A DNA stretch of 63,892 nucleotides, counting the filler, from Octopus bimaculoides (lineage: Eukaryota), in NCBI RefSeq assembly GCF_001194135.2. It is 4 parts of 4 records of this genome, joined end to end, with 100 filler letters (N's around TTAATTAATTAA, not from the genome) between each part and the next. Parts side by side here need not be neighbours in the genome. Positions count along the whole stretch, not along the records: positions 1 to 23,361 come from NC_068989.1; positions 23,462 to 43,676 come from NC_068985.1; 2 more parts are not named here. One strand, given 5' to 3'. Shown here piece after piece: positions 12,655 to 24,349 of this stretch (its first letter is position 1; each line of letters begins with the position of its first letter). Below the pieces are notes generated by a model that had not been told where the DNA came from, did no database searches, and saw only the letters and a program-made list of their open reading frames with translations. A program made the position numbers and the translations under genes.

Positions 12655-12850
12655 TTGAAGCATGGGACGTGTAGTTGATTTTCGTAGGCTCTGTAGTGGC
12701 GCGAAATTATGGCCGCCATTAAGGAAGTACAATCTACGCATGCGCAAGGGACTTGTCTTCCCGGAAGCTCCTCGAGTGCGCATGCGTAGTAAAACCAGTA
12801 CTTGAAGCGCTTCGCGTGCTTTCTAAGCTTTTAGCGCGATGCCTTCGATG
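12655..12850. promoter_or_regulatory. CpG-rich housekeeping-type, probably bidirectional, promoter
   Basis: SBS/ZNF143-like ACTACAcgTCCCATG (minus, 12661-12675); YY1-like GGCCGCCATT (12711-12720); NRF1-type TACGCATGCGCA (12735-12746) and its exact reverse complement TGCGCATGCGTA (12777-12788); central TTCCCGGAAG (ETS/STAT-like, 12758-12767). Confidence 0.7.
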
Positions 12851-14432
12851 TAACAACAACTTGCTCCTCTCAGATGCCTCAACGAAGCTTTTAACTTTCC
12901 AATGCTGATCACAAGCTAACCAGCAGCTGCTAAGCTGAATGACACAGGATTTGTAAAACCAAGCATCACTAAAATAAAACTTGTTTTATTATGTTGTTAA
13001 TTGTTCTACTGTTTCCTTAATATATAATTTTGTTAAAAGGTGACAGAGAGAGACTAAAGTCTCTATTGCAACTATTAACCTTTTACACCACCATTGTTGG
13101 ATTCTAACCAGGTACAGTGCCCTTTGTGGCAGACTCTTCCGGAAGTTCATTTGATGCCCAAGCTATATTACATACTTCCTGACCTGAGCCAAGACAGTTG
13201 TTCCACGTGTTGAGGAAACGATACTGACATTTGCTGTGACGTGATTTGGTCGGAAGCCAGATGGCTTCCCAGAGATAATCTGTACTTTTAGGCAGTTGCC
13301 AATGCAACTGTCTATGGCTGCTGATTCTATTGCTTTATTGATGATACTGTGTAATAATATCGGTTAATATTTTGGACTCTCTCTTGTCTTTAGGAATCAC
13401 ACACACACACACGCATGTGGCTTGGAATGGCCAAAAGAGATACCTCACACCGTATATACATGTACGTTGGGAGGAAACTGTTAGAATGGAGAAGAAGAGC
13501 TTTGGTGAAATTTCATGCATGGGGAGTTTGCAAATGGAGCGAAAACTTGGTAGCGCTCTCGACAAAAGCACTATTTGCATAACCATTATGGCTGAAGAGA
13601 TATTCCAGAAAGTTGGTAGGAATATCCTTTGGTAAGGGACAGCAGGTCCAGCTGCAGTCTGGAATGTATGGAAACCCATGAACTGAATAGATGCATCTTT
13701 AGTCTCATGGATGGTAGTGCAATTATGGATATAAGCTATAGTTTTTGGTAGAGGTGGATGATTTCTCCCTGATGTATATTGACAATGTTCTGCAAGTGAA
13801 CTCTTTGGAGAGTTAAGATTGTGAGTTTTGGTTGTGTGAAGTATATGGGAGGAGTGAGGAATAGTTTTGACTAGAAGAATATAGTCGCGATTGATAGTGA
13901 TCAGACGATTCAGTTAGTGAAGAGATGTTGGTGGAGATTGGTTTAACGGTGAGAAAGCAGGCAAAGGCGCTTAAAGTGTCAGTGTGGTGGAGAGACGTGT
14001 ATAGAGGATGATAGCAACTATTATAGAGAATTGATGCAGAGTAAGATTACTTATGGATAAAAACGAAACGAGTTACTTTCCAGGTACATAATCTGGTGAA
14101 TTATAATGAAATTATTTTTAAATGTACAAATGAAGAATCAATAAATGTTGAAGATGAAGCACAGTTTGATATATAGTATCAGATCAGAAAGAAAATCAAT
14201 TGAAAGATATCAAAGAAGAAGAAAAAAACATGAAAGAGGTCATGTGAAAGGCTGAAAGAAAAGAACGAACACAGATGTTTTCTCAAATTTTTGCATCTTC
14301 GTTCTCATCGCTGAATAAACTCCTTTCCCTTTATACTCTAAGAAGATCACAGTTGTACAAGTCAGCTCATAAGCTCACCACCTTGAACGTTGTCGAATGA
14401 TCTTAAAACTACTAGCCACATGCATTGACCGT

Positions 14433-14840
14433 TCTATTCTTTTATTCTTTTATTTGTTTCAGTCATTTGACTGCGACCATGCTGGAGCACCGTCTTTAGT
14501 CGAGCAAATCGACCCCAGGACTTATTCTTTGTAAGCCTGGTACTTATGCTATCGGTCTCTTTTGCCGAACCGCTAAGTTAAGGGGACGTAAATACACCAG
14601 TATCGATTGTCAAGCGATGTTGGGGGGACAGACACAGACACACAAACATATACACACACATACATATATATGTATATATACGACAGGCTTCTTCCAGTTT
14701 CCGTCTACAAAATCCACTCACAAGGCTTTGGTCAGCCCGAGGCTATAGTAGAAGACATTTGTCCAAGGTACCACGCAGTGCGACTGAACCCGGAATCATG
14801 TGGTTGGTAAGCAAGCTACTTACTACACAGCCTCTCCTAC
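14433..14840 (-). mobile_element. Full-length CORE-type SINE
   Basis: Reverse complement of 18180-18575 over about 400 bp: tRNA-like head, accttgggcaagtgtctt-type CORE segment, (TA/CA) linker and (AAAAGAG)-type tail. Confidence 0.9.
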
Positions 14841-14989
14841 TAGTAAAAATATATAAATTCTATTGTCGTTACACCTAGTCTTCTCTTTATGAAATGTGCA
14901 GTTAAATGGTAAAGGTCGACCATATAGCTGCGCATAAAAAGTTCCTCTTCAGTACAAGTTTCAGCAAAGCTTATTGCAGAAAACCGGAA

Positions 14990-16470
14990 ATTGACCACGC
15001 ATGCAAGTCTCTCTTCTCCGTGCAATCGATGTTCTTGCAAGTTGGCATCAGTGATATCGCAGGCGTTGCTTTCAGACGGTCCCGTTAAGTTGCTGGGAGT
15101 TTGGTTTGGTCCGGACTTCCAGATGGAGAAAAACTGGGACGCGGTGACGAGCAAGGTAGCCAATCTCACCCAGAAATGGGCCGAGAGGAAGCTGTTCTTA
15201 AAAGGTCGAGCGGAGATGGCGAATGCGTACACTGCATCTATCATCTATTACCACTTGACTGTCGTCCCTTGCCCCGTTTGCTGGTTGACCAAGCTGGTGC
15301 GTTTACACTTCCGCTTTCTGTGGAAGGGGCGCGTTCCATTGGTCAGTCGCTGCATCTGCTGCCAACAGCCGCTGAATGGAGAGCTGGGCATGCCGTGGTT
15401 ACTGATGCGCAGACATGCGCTGAGGTTGCGGCNNNNNNNNNNNNNNNNNNNNNNNNNNNNNNNNNNNNNNNNNNNNNNNNNNNNNNNNNNNNNNNNNNNN
15501 NNNNNNNNNNNNNNNNNNNNNNNNNNNNNNNNNNNNNNNNNNNNNNNNNNNNNNNNNNNNNNNNNNNNNNNNNNNNNNNNNNNNNNNNNNNNNNNNNNNN
15601 NNNNNNTATAGAGGACTAGTAGAGGGAAAGTGCGACGACGTTTTCGGGGAAACTCTGGGCGTTGATGAAGATCAACTAATCGGTCTGTTTCGTAGAACTT
15701 TCGGGTCTAGACCTATGGATAACTTCCAAAAATCTCTTGCTTGGCAGTGCTACCGACAGGCGCTGCCTGTTCGGGATAAACTTTACAGGCACGGAAGTGC
15801 CGTCAGCCGGGCCTACCCGAGGTGTGCCCAGAACGATGAAACCTTTCTGCGCGCCCTAGTCCAGTGCCCGAGTATTGCTGACCTGTGGGTTTATGTCAAA
15901 CACCTACTGTCGCGTGTGGGACGGATCCGGTTATCAGTTGAATCCATTGTGAGGATTGCCCCGCCGCCCTCTTTTGGCCGGGAGGGGCAGGCAATTTTTA
16001 TTTGTCTAGTGGCTAAAGCGAAACAGGTAGTATGGTGAACCCGTTTGAAAGAGCTGAAGACAGACACTTTCCTCTTTGGTCAATCCCTCATCAACTTTTT
16101 CAAGTTTCACTTGGAAAGGAAGTTGAGGGTGGAGAGGGAAGTGTTGCCTTGTAGTAAATCTGTTGAAAGGTGGGTGAATGTTGGAAGAATGAACAGTGTA
16201 AAAGGACCAATTCTGAGCGTGCACCTGTAAAAAAAAAGAAGGGCTCTCGCCCTGTTGTTCAGGCACCCATAGCTTTTGTGGGTTTTTTCACGAGAACCTT
16301 AAAGCGCTTCCCCTATTGAGAGTTTAATTTGTTCAATTTTTAACTGTTATATATATTGCGTACACACTGTAAAACCCATTATATCGTCCTGTTTTTGTCT
16401 TTTATGTTGTTGTATGTCTTTTAATGTTTAGTATATGAGCCCTTGTAGCTAATAAAAGAATTTATTATTA
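14990..16470 (+). mobile_element. 5-prime-truncated L1/Tx1-clade LINE (ORF2 C-terminal half, gap-interrupted)
   Basis: VKLLGVWFG..NWDAVTSKV...W.ERKLFLKGRAEMANAY.ASIIYY.L...RFLW (RT thumb region); LAWQCYRQALPVRDKL...YPRCAQNDETFLRALVQC (degenerate zf-RVT); AATAAA near 16452 followed by a (TTA)n tail. Confidence 0.85.
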
Positions 16471-16473
16471 TTA

Positions 16474-16516
<43 letters not shown>

Positions 16517-16517
<1 letters not shown>

Positions 16518-17045
16518 GAGTGAGAGAACAATGCATGCCATTAAAGTGACACTGGAGTAAAATATACGAAGCCCAGTATACCCATTATGATTACTCGTCT
16601 GATAAGGGCACACCAGGCACATACATCAAAACCATATGTGCGCGACATGATGATCTCATATCAAGATTAACAGCGCATAACCTTGCAGGTGGGGCCCAGT
16701 AAGAGTTTCCTTCAGGTCGAGTAGCCCATCCCGCTCAAAAGGCCCCTGAATAAGGGTTGTTTAAGGATGTTGAACAAAGCACCCATGTTTTCAAAGGTGA
16801 ATTATCCAAACCCGAAAGAATTCCTCACAACACATGGCTATGATGCTCCCCACTACTTCTGCTCGTGATCAGAGATGCCCATATCGTCAGCCACCAAAGG
16901 ACGTGCTCAACTGTCCCTTAGTGGTTGATGATATGCTGTAGCCCATATTTTATACCAAAACAAAATAATATACATGGTAACACTTCCAATCAGTTAAGAT
17001 CAGAAGCAATGAGAGCCTCTGCCTGATACTGCATCAAAGCATTTA

Positions 17046-17050
<5 letters not shown>
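16517..17050 (+). mobile_element. Full-length family A element (about 530 bp) embedded in (TTA)n
   Basis: Begins gagtgagagaacaatgcatgcc and ends ctgcctgatactgcatcaaagcattt; both flanks are (TTA)n arrays; three sibling copies in the window. Confidence 0.85.
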
Positions 17051-17106
<56 letters not shown>

Positions 17107-17719
17107 GTTTCGTAACAAATAGCCATTTGTTTCATTTAGCAGACCTTATCAAAGGAAATAAATTATGTTACGAGTCTTTTCTTTCATAGTGGCCACCAGT
17201 TTCATCATTAGCCCGTTGAGTATGTATGCATGCATGCATGCATACATGTATGCATGCATGTATACATACATACATACATACATACATACATACATAGATG
17301 TGTGTGAAGAATGAGGGTGGAGGGCTAGTAATAACATTAGTAGCCTCTGTGAAGTACGGATCCGAGATACAGAAATTGGCCAGAATAAATATTTATTCAT
17401 ATATTTTATGATTAGCGAGATATTGCAAAATGTTTCGCTCTTATCAATCTTCTCAAACTAGTATGATATAAAGTTAAGTTTGGGTGTACTGGGTATGTAT
17501 AGTTACGAAATACAGTATTAGGATATCACAGATGAAATATCGAATCCAGGAGATAAGGGTTGGTGAAATCCTAATGGTTTTCCCGTCCGTGGACGCCAGT
17601 TCTAACGCATTTTTGGAGAATATATATATATATATATATATATTACAAATGATATATGAGCATATGCATGTATACATACATTTTTGTACATACCTACATC
17701 TACATGTATATATAGATGC

Positions 17720-17885
17720 ATAACCGGGTACAGGACGTCAAAAAAGGAACGGGAACAAAACAAAGCACAAAAAAACGGACTTTTTTTTTACGGACAACAG
17801 AATGAACACATAGGAAAACAGACGAGACACTTATGGAACTTTTCCTTCATAAGCTGCCTCTATTCTAAACTAGGCGTTTCGAAGA
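17720..17885 (-). mobile_element. Truncated Penelope-LTR-like repeat (sibling of 28960-29285)
   Basis: Shares gggtacaggac.tca.aaaa...acgagaca...ttcc ttcat.ag...gcgtttcgaag with 28964-29143; the hammerhead-like core is mutated here (CTTATGA). Confidence 0.55.
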
Positions 17886-18179
17886 TTATATATCTATATA
17901 TATATATATATATATATTGAAGATGATGTGAGATGAGGAGAAAGGAAAGATGAAAAGAACAAAATTATTGTAGAGCGATAAATGAAAAATAGAAAGAAAG
18001 GAAATGTGTCAACGATAGGGATAGTGAAGAAGAGGAAAGGAAAGATTTCATTACTTTATTTCTTTGGTGTCTTGGTGGTCTTGTGGGTAAAGGCATATGT
18101 AGACACCAATAACATCCTGGGCAGGGTTCAATATCACCCAGGGCCTGCACTAAGGGGTCTTACGAAAATTTTTATAGAC

Positions 18180-18575
18180 GCAGGAGTGGCTCTGTGGTAA
18201 GTAGCTTGCTTACCAACCACATGGTTCCGGGTTCATTCCCACTGTGTGGCACCTTGGGCAAGTGTCTTCTACTATAGCCTCGGGCCGACCAAAGCCTTGT
18301 GAGTGGATTTGGTAGACGGAAACTGAAAGAAGCCTGTCGTATATATGTATATATATGTATGTGTTCGTGTGTCCGTGTTTGTCCCCCCAACATCGCTTGA
18401 CAACCGATGGTGGTGTGTTTACGTCCCCGTAACTTAGCGGTTCGGCAAAAGAGACCGATAGAATAAGTACTAGACTTCCAAAAAATAAGTCCTGGGGTCG
18501 ATTTGCTCGACTAAAAGGCGGTGCTCCAGCATGGCCGCAGTCAAATGACTGAAACAAGTAAAAGAGTAAAAGAGT
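18180..18575 (+). mobile_element. Full-length CORE-type SINE
   Basis: A-box-like tggctctgtgg, B-box-like ggttcattccc, gcaccttgggcaagtgtctt (resembles the MIR/CORE accttgggcaagt motif), tail aaaagagtaaaagag. Confidence 0.9.
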
Positions 18576-19758
18576 TACTAGCGGTTTTCGTTGTGTAGAA
18601 ACCAAGATCTTTTAACGAGGAGAGATTTTTTTTTTGTCATTTTCTTATAAGGTCATAACGATTTTTTTTTGTTCATTCTCAATGTTACTTTCTTGAACAC
18701 TATATTTGAAATCAAAATAATAAATTATTGCATGGATCTAAGCATTTGAGGAGAGGAACGTACAATTTCCTGTAAATCAGACTGTTTCATAGCCCCAGCA
18801 GACAAAATGGAAAAGACATTGCTCCGGAGGATGACAAACGAGATGTGCTGGAACAGCCATTCACGAGACTCGCATTTGAGGACAGCCGGGAAACTATGTG
18901 TATAATTACGATGTGAAGTGTTGAGTAAAAAGACTTGAGAATTATAGATCTTAGAGCAACAACATTTTCAACAAATAAATAAATAAATAAAATGTTAGAA
19001 TCAGTATGTAGCCCGTCGTAGTATGATTTAGTGCCAGCGTGTTTTTAAAAGATTTTCCCGATAGTAATTGCTTCTTAAAGACTTCAATAAGCCAAGCTAC
19101 AGCTGAGTTTGTGATATATTATAAATAAAGAGAAGTAATTTCAATAACAACACAAATAAATGTGATAGAAAAAAATATAAGTAAATTAATGATAGATAAA
19201 TAAATATAAATATAAAAGCTTCTTTGGTGAATGTAAGAGGGGAAGAGAAACGCAAGTGATGAAGATATAACGTTAAAATAATAAATACATAGATGGAAGT
19301 CAATTAGAATATAAACTCTAATGAAATTAAGTAGATAATGAGAAATGGAACTAGTAAAGAAAAAGATGGAAGACGGTATCGCAATTTGTTGCCTGAAAAG
19401 TGCAAAATAAAGAAATGGGAAAATGTAGTTATAAAAGATAAGATAAACAGAAAGGGGAGAATATTTAATGGGAAGTGATGTAGGAGTTTTGAAAGTACAT
19501 ATAAAATAATTGAATTCATTAAAGATAAAGTGACGTAAGGACGAAGAAGGCTGTTGTGAAAAAAGATGGGGGAAAGTATCGAGCGAGTTTGAGAAGTGAA
19601 CTCAGTTCGTAACCAAATGTAACTAAATTTTAGCCTATTAATATGAAAATTAAAGAATTAAAACTTTAAGGAATGAAGTAAAAAAAAAAAAAAAAAAAAA
19701 ANNNNNNNNNNNNNNNNNNNNNNNNNNNNNNNNNNNNNNNNNNNNNNNNNNNNNNNNN

Positions 19759-19803
19759 CTCCCGCGTGACAGGCGGGGATACTTACCACTATACTAGGTG
19801 AAA
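19759..19803 (-). tRNA. tRNA-Asp: tRNA-Asp(GTC), 3-prime part hidden in a gap; atypical acceptor 5-prime strand
   Basis: Minus strand reads TA GTAT AGTGGTAA GTAT C CCCGC CT GTC AC GCGGG AG, i.e. the canonical eukaryotic tRNA-Asp D-arm and anticodon arm. A 57-N gap follows, then T22 on the minus strand (19701-19680), a plausible Pol III terminator. Confidence 0.8.
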
Positions 19804-19850
19804 TTTTTTAAAAATTACATCAAATAAAAATCAGTATATTAGTACAATAT

Positions 19851-20075
19851 GAAGGCGGCGAGCTGGCAGAATCGTTAGCACGACGGGCGAAATGCTTAGC
19901 GATATTTCGTCTGCCGTTACGTTCTGAGTTCAAATTCTGCCGAGGTCGACTTTGCATTTCATCCTTTCGGGGTCGATAAATTAAGTACCAGTTACGCACT
20001 GGGGTCGATGTAATCGACTTAATCCGTTCGTCTGTCCTTGTTTGTTCCCTCTATATTTAGCCCCTTGTGGGCAAT
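19851..20075 (+). mobile_element. Family N (Deu/Nin-like) SINE, CpG-intact
   Basis: gaaggcggcgagctggcagaatcg (A-box), gagttcaaattc (B-box), ttcatcctttcggggtcgataaattaagtaccag (Deu/Nin-like core). Confidence 0.9.
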
Positions 20076-20089
20076 AAAGAAATAAGAAC

Positions 20090-20240
20090 TGTTTGCACGC
20101 CGGGCGAAATGCTTCACGTTCCGAGTTCAAATTCCGCCGAAATTTGTCTTACATCCTTTCAGGATGTTTATTACTGGGGTCGGTGTAATTGACTTATCCC
20201 CTCTCCGAAATTGCTGGCCCTGTGCCAAAATTTGAAATCA
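20090..20240 (+). mobile_element. Second, deleted family N SINE in tandem
   Basis: gcacgccgggcgaaatgc...gagttcaaattccgccga...gaaattgctggccctgtgccaaaatttgaaa. Confidence 0.8.
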
Positions 20241-22581
20241 ATATATTAGTACAATAGTATGTCCGTAACTATCTTTTGTGTCACGATAAGGGAAGTAACT
20301 AAAATAAGATGATACTGGTAACTAGCGGAAGCGTTGATGATGATGATGTTTATTTGTTGACTGTTTGTGATGGCTGTTGTTCGTTTGTGGTTGGTAGTCA
20401 TGATAGTGATGGTGGCGGGAACGACACTGTACGATGACAGTTACTTGCGTTAAGGCGCATAGGTTAAACCGTACGATATTTCTGTAAAATTTCAGTCCGC
20501 AAAAATAAATAGTTTGCCGTCAACGCACACACACGCGCGCGCATTAAATACTTCAGAAATATGTCCTGCATGTCAAGACAATGTCTAAAAGAAGCAATAT
20601 AGTTGAGTACTGCCCATGATTAAGATGGAGACGTTGCGCACTGAGTAGCTTTTGTGTTTTCTTGCTGTTGAAGAAGATGAGATTGGCACTGACAAAGCAT
20701 CAAAATCTATCACTGAGTTTATGCATGCCTAGAAATTATCGTTTTAAGCGGCAGTTTCCATTATCGGGAAGAACACTGGATCTCCTTGCTTCAAGTTTAC
20801 AACAGAACGAATGCCATACTTCAACAATTACTTGAAAACAGAGAACTCAAGTGAGATGATGCAACATAACATAACAAACACAAGCATTGAAACAAAACAC
20901 AGACGAATGCTAATCGCTATAATTCCCAATCAGCAACATATTCCACTTACGCAGTAGTAAGGCCTTTACAACATGGTAATGTAATTCTAATGATTTTTGT
21001 TTTTTTACATCAGGTTACTATTAGAAAGAATTATAAATCTTTTTCTTGTGATGCTAAGATTCATAACCGATAGGATTGCCTTGCCAACGAATCCCTTTGT
21101 CATTCTCCTAGCAAAGCTTACCATTCAAAGCTATTGTTCTATTATCGGTTTCTGCCAGAGGCTGTAGCTATGCCAGGACACCGTCGATCTAATAAATAAA
21201 TAGTCAAGTGTCGCTTATTGCAAACATTTGCAGCTGTTTCTGATTCTACTTGAACACACTTGTTACAACTACCGTAAATGATAACAATGAATGGCACTTT
21301 ATCTAAGTCAGGAAGAAGAGAACATTTTATTCACCCCGCATTTGTTATTAATATGAAATTGTCAATTAAATCTACATCCTCCTTAACGACTATGGCTTCT
21401 TGAACATTCACCAAGGTTATCAGGGATTTTGTCACTTGTGATCTTGTAAATATCTATTTACTATTGATGATCCTTGAGAACCTCTATAGGTGAGGCACGC
21501 GCACGCGCACTCACGTACGCACGCACGCACACACACACACACATGTAGGTATAAATCTATGTCTGTCCGTTTGTTTGCCCGTCTGTCCGTCCGCTTAGTT
21601 ACAAATACAAATGGATGTGATTTAAACGCATACACATACATATTCAAATATATAATTTGTATATATGAATGTGTATGCAGATATGTATGTGTGTGTGTCT
21701 GTGTGTGTATATATATATATATATATATNNNNNNNNNNNNNNNNNNNNNNNNNNNNNNNNNNNNNNNNNNNNNNNNNNNNNNNNNNNNNNNNNNNNNNNN
21801 NNNNNNNNNNNNNNNNNNNNNNNNNNNNNNNNNNNNNNNNNNNNNNNNNNNNNNNNNNNNNNNNNNNNNNNNNNNNNNNNNNNNNNNNNNNNNNNNNNNN
21901 NNNNNNNNNNNNNNNNNNNNNNNNNNNNNNNNNNNNNNNNNNNNNNNNNNNNNNNNNNNNNNNNNNNNNNNNNNNNNNNNNNNNNNNNNNNNNNNNNNNN
22001 NNNNNNNNNNNNNNNNNNNNNNNNNNNNNNNNNNNNNNNNNNNNNNNNNNNNNNNNNNNNNNNNNNNNNNNNNNNNNNNNNNNNNNNNNNNNNNNNNNNN
22101 NNNNNNNNNNNNNNNNNNNNNNNNNNNNNNNNNNNNNNNNNNNNNNNNNNNNNNNNNNNNNNNNNNNNNNNNNNNNNNNNNNNNNNNNNNNNNNNNNNNN
22201 NNNNNNNNNNNNNNNNNNNNNNNNNNNNNNNNNNNNNNNNNNNNNNNNNNNNNNNNNNNNNNNNNNNNNNNNNNNNNNNNNNNNNNNNNNNNNNNNNNNN
22301 NNNNNNNNNNNNNNNNNNNNNNNNNNNNNNNNNNNNNNNNNNNNNNNNNNNNNNNNNNNNNNNNNNNNNNNNNNNNNNNNNNNNNNNNNNNNNNNNNNNN
22401 NNNNNNNNNNNNNNNNNNNNNNNNNNNNNNNNNNNNNNNNNNNNNNNNNNNNNNNNNNNNNNNNNNNNNNNNNNNNNNNNNNNNNNNNNNNNNNNNNNNN
22501 NNNNNNNNNNNNNNNNNNNNNNNNNNNNNNNNNNNNNNNNNNNNNNNNNNNNNNNNNNNNNNNNNNNNNNNNNNNNNNNNN

Positions 22582-22772
22582 TTTAAGGATATCGCGAAAG
22601 GCCAGGTTGGAGGCCCGATCTTCCGAGTTCTTTTACAAGGCTTAGAAAAAACTGAGGGACTGTTGCAACAGGTGCGTGAACCTGAGAGGTGAATATGTTG
22701 AATAAAATCATAATTAACTGATCCTCCTGTATTTTCTTTTACCCAAAGTCAGGAATTTTCAGCACCCCTTCG
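22582..22772 (+). mobile_element. Mariner MITE (sibling of 8366-8583), left end in gap
   Basis: Reads QGLEKLRDCCNRCVNLRGEYVE* across a frameshift, then the right TIR aaagtcaggaattttcagcaccccttcg. Confidence 0.85.
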
Positions 22773-23049
22773 CATATATTATGTAGGTAAGGTTAAAATC
22801 TAAGCTCATCTACTTATTCTGGCATTACAATCCAGTATGTAGTTATATTCATGTGAGGTACGTCCTGGAAATATTATTTACAGAATTATGTATCAAAACA
22901 GCAAGTTAGAACAATTTTTTTGCATTATTTATTCATCATTACACGTTTCATTTGCTAGTAGGAATTACAAAATCTGTACATGTAGGATAAACATGTAAGA
23001 AATTTCTTATTAGAAAACAATTGAGACAGAGTTAAATAATATTCCAGTG

Positions 23050-23320
23050 TTCCAGCTGATCCGATCAACAGAACATCCAGCCTGTGAAATTAACGTGCAA
23101 GTGGCTGAGCACACCACAGACATGCATACTCTTAACGTTGTTCTCAGGAAGATTCAGCGTGATACAGAATGTGAAATACAGGTAGTACTAATTTTTGCCA
23201 GTTAAGTGAACTGGCGAAACGTGAAATAAAGTGTCTTGCTCAATGAGTACAATGTGCCTCCAGGAATCGAACTCACGATCGTAGACAGAGTAGCCTAAAC
23301 ATCAAGCCATGTGCCTTGAC
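23050..23320 (-). mobile_element. Family C SINE
   Basis: ccagcctgtgaaattaacgtgcaagtggctgagcac...aaataaagtgtcttgctcaa...ggaatcgaactcacg...aagccatgtgcc. Confidence 0.8.
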
Positions 23321-23461
23321 ACAGGATCAAAGTGTAGTATTATATATATATATATATATATNNNNNNNNNNNNNNNNNNNNNNNNNNNNNNNNNNNNNNN
23401 NNNNNTTAATTAATTAANNNNNNNNNNNNNNNNNNNNNNNNNNNNNNNNNNNNNNNNNNNN

Positions 23462-23517
<56 letters not shown>

Positions 23518-23597
23518 CATTTACCATAATTATTATTATCAGCATCATCATCATCATCATCCTTATTATTATTATTATTATTATTATTGTTATAATT

Positions 23598-23999
23598 GAG
23601 AGAGCAGTGCATGCCATGAAAGTGACACTGGGGTAAAATATACGAAGCCCAATATACCCAACATGACTACCCGTCTGATAAGAGTAAACCAGGCACATGC
23701 ATCACAACCATATGTGATCTCATATCAAGATAAACAGGTCAGGTAGCCCATTCTGCTCAAAAGGTCCCTGAATAAGGTTTATTTCAGGATGTTGAGCAAA
23801 ACACCCATACGTCCAAAGGTGAATTATTCAAACTCCAAAGAATTCCTCTCAACACATGGCTATGATGCTCCCCCACTACTTCTGCTCATGATCAGAGATG
23901 CACATATCGTCAGCCACCAAGGACATTTTCAACTGGTTAAGGTCAAACAACGGACAAGAAAATCTGTGGTATTGAGGAGAATATTTGCTGTAGCCCATC

Positions 24000-24000
<1 letters not shown>
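23598..24000 (+). mobile_element. Family A element (internal and terminal deletions) between (TTA)n arrays
   Basis: Aligns with 16517-16950; flanked by (TTA/ATC)n and (TTA)n. Confidence 0.85.
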
Positions 24001-24074
<74 letters not shown>

Positions 24075-24349
24075 CATTATTATTAATATTATTATTTTAC
24101 GGTCCTCCATCTGAAATCTTTCGTCATAAATCCTGCTTACATGATGATTTGTTCANNNNNNNNNNNNNNNNNNNNNNNNNNNNNNNNNNNNNNNNNNNNN
24201 NNNNNNNNNNNNNNNNNNNNNNNNNNNNNNNNNNNNNNNNNNNNNNNNNNNNNNNNNNNNNNNNNNNNNNNNNNNNNNNNNNNNNNNNNNNNNNNNNNNN
24301 NNNNNNNNNNNNNNNNNNNNNNNNNNNNNNNNNNNNNNNNNNNNNNNNA

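Noticed and set aside
13100-14040. Possible decayed I/Jockey-type LINE ORF1 on the minus strand (VKTIPHSS, PYIP)
   Set aside because: Only scattered short motif resemblances; no convincing CCHC knuckles.
14840-15244. Minus-strand 134-aa ORF with a DANLQE motif reminiscent of an APE endonuclease
   Set aside because: Largely antisense to the Tx1 ORF2; the single short motif is insufficient to claim an inverted 5-prime fragment.
19779-19787. ATACTTACC resembling the U1 snRNA 5-prime end
   Set aside because: It is the reverse complement of the tRNA-Asp D-arm; no other U1 sequence follows.
23406-23417. TTAATTAATTAA islands between N runs (also 43721-43732 and 61103-61114)
   Set aside because: An identical 12-mer isolated inside three separate gaps is most simply a scaffolding or linker artefact, not biology.
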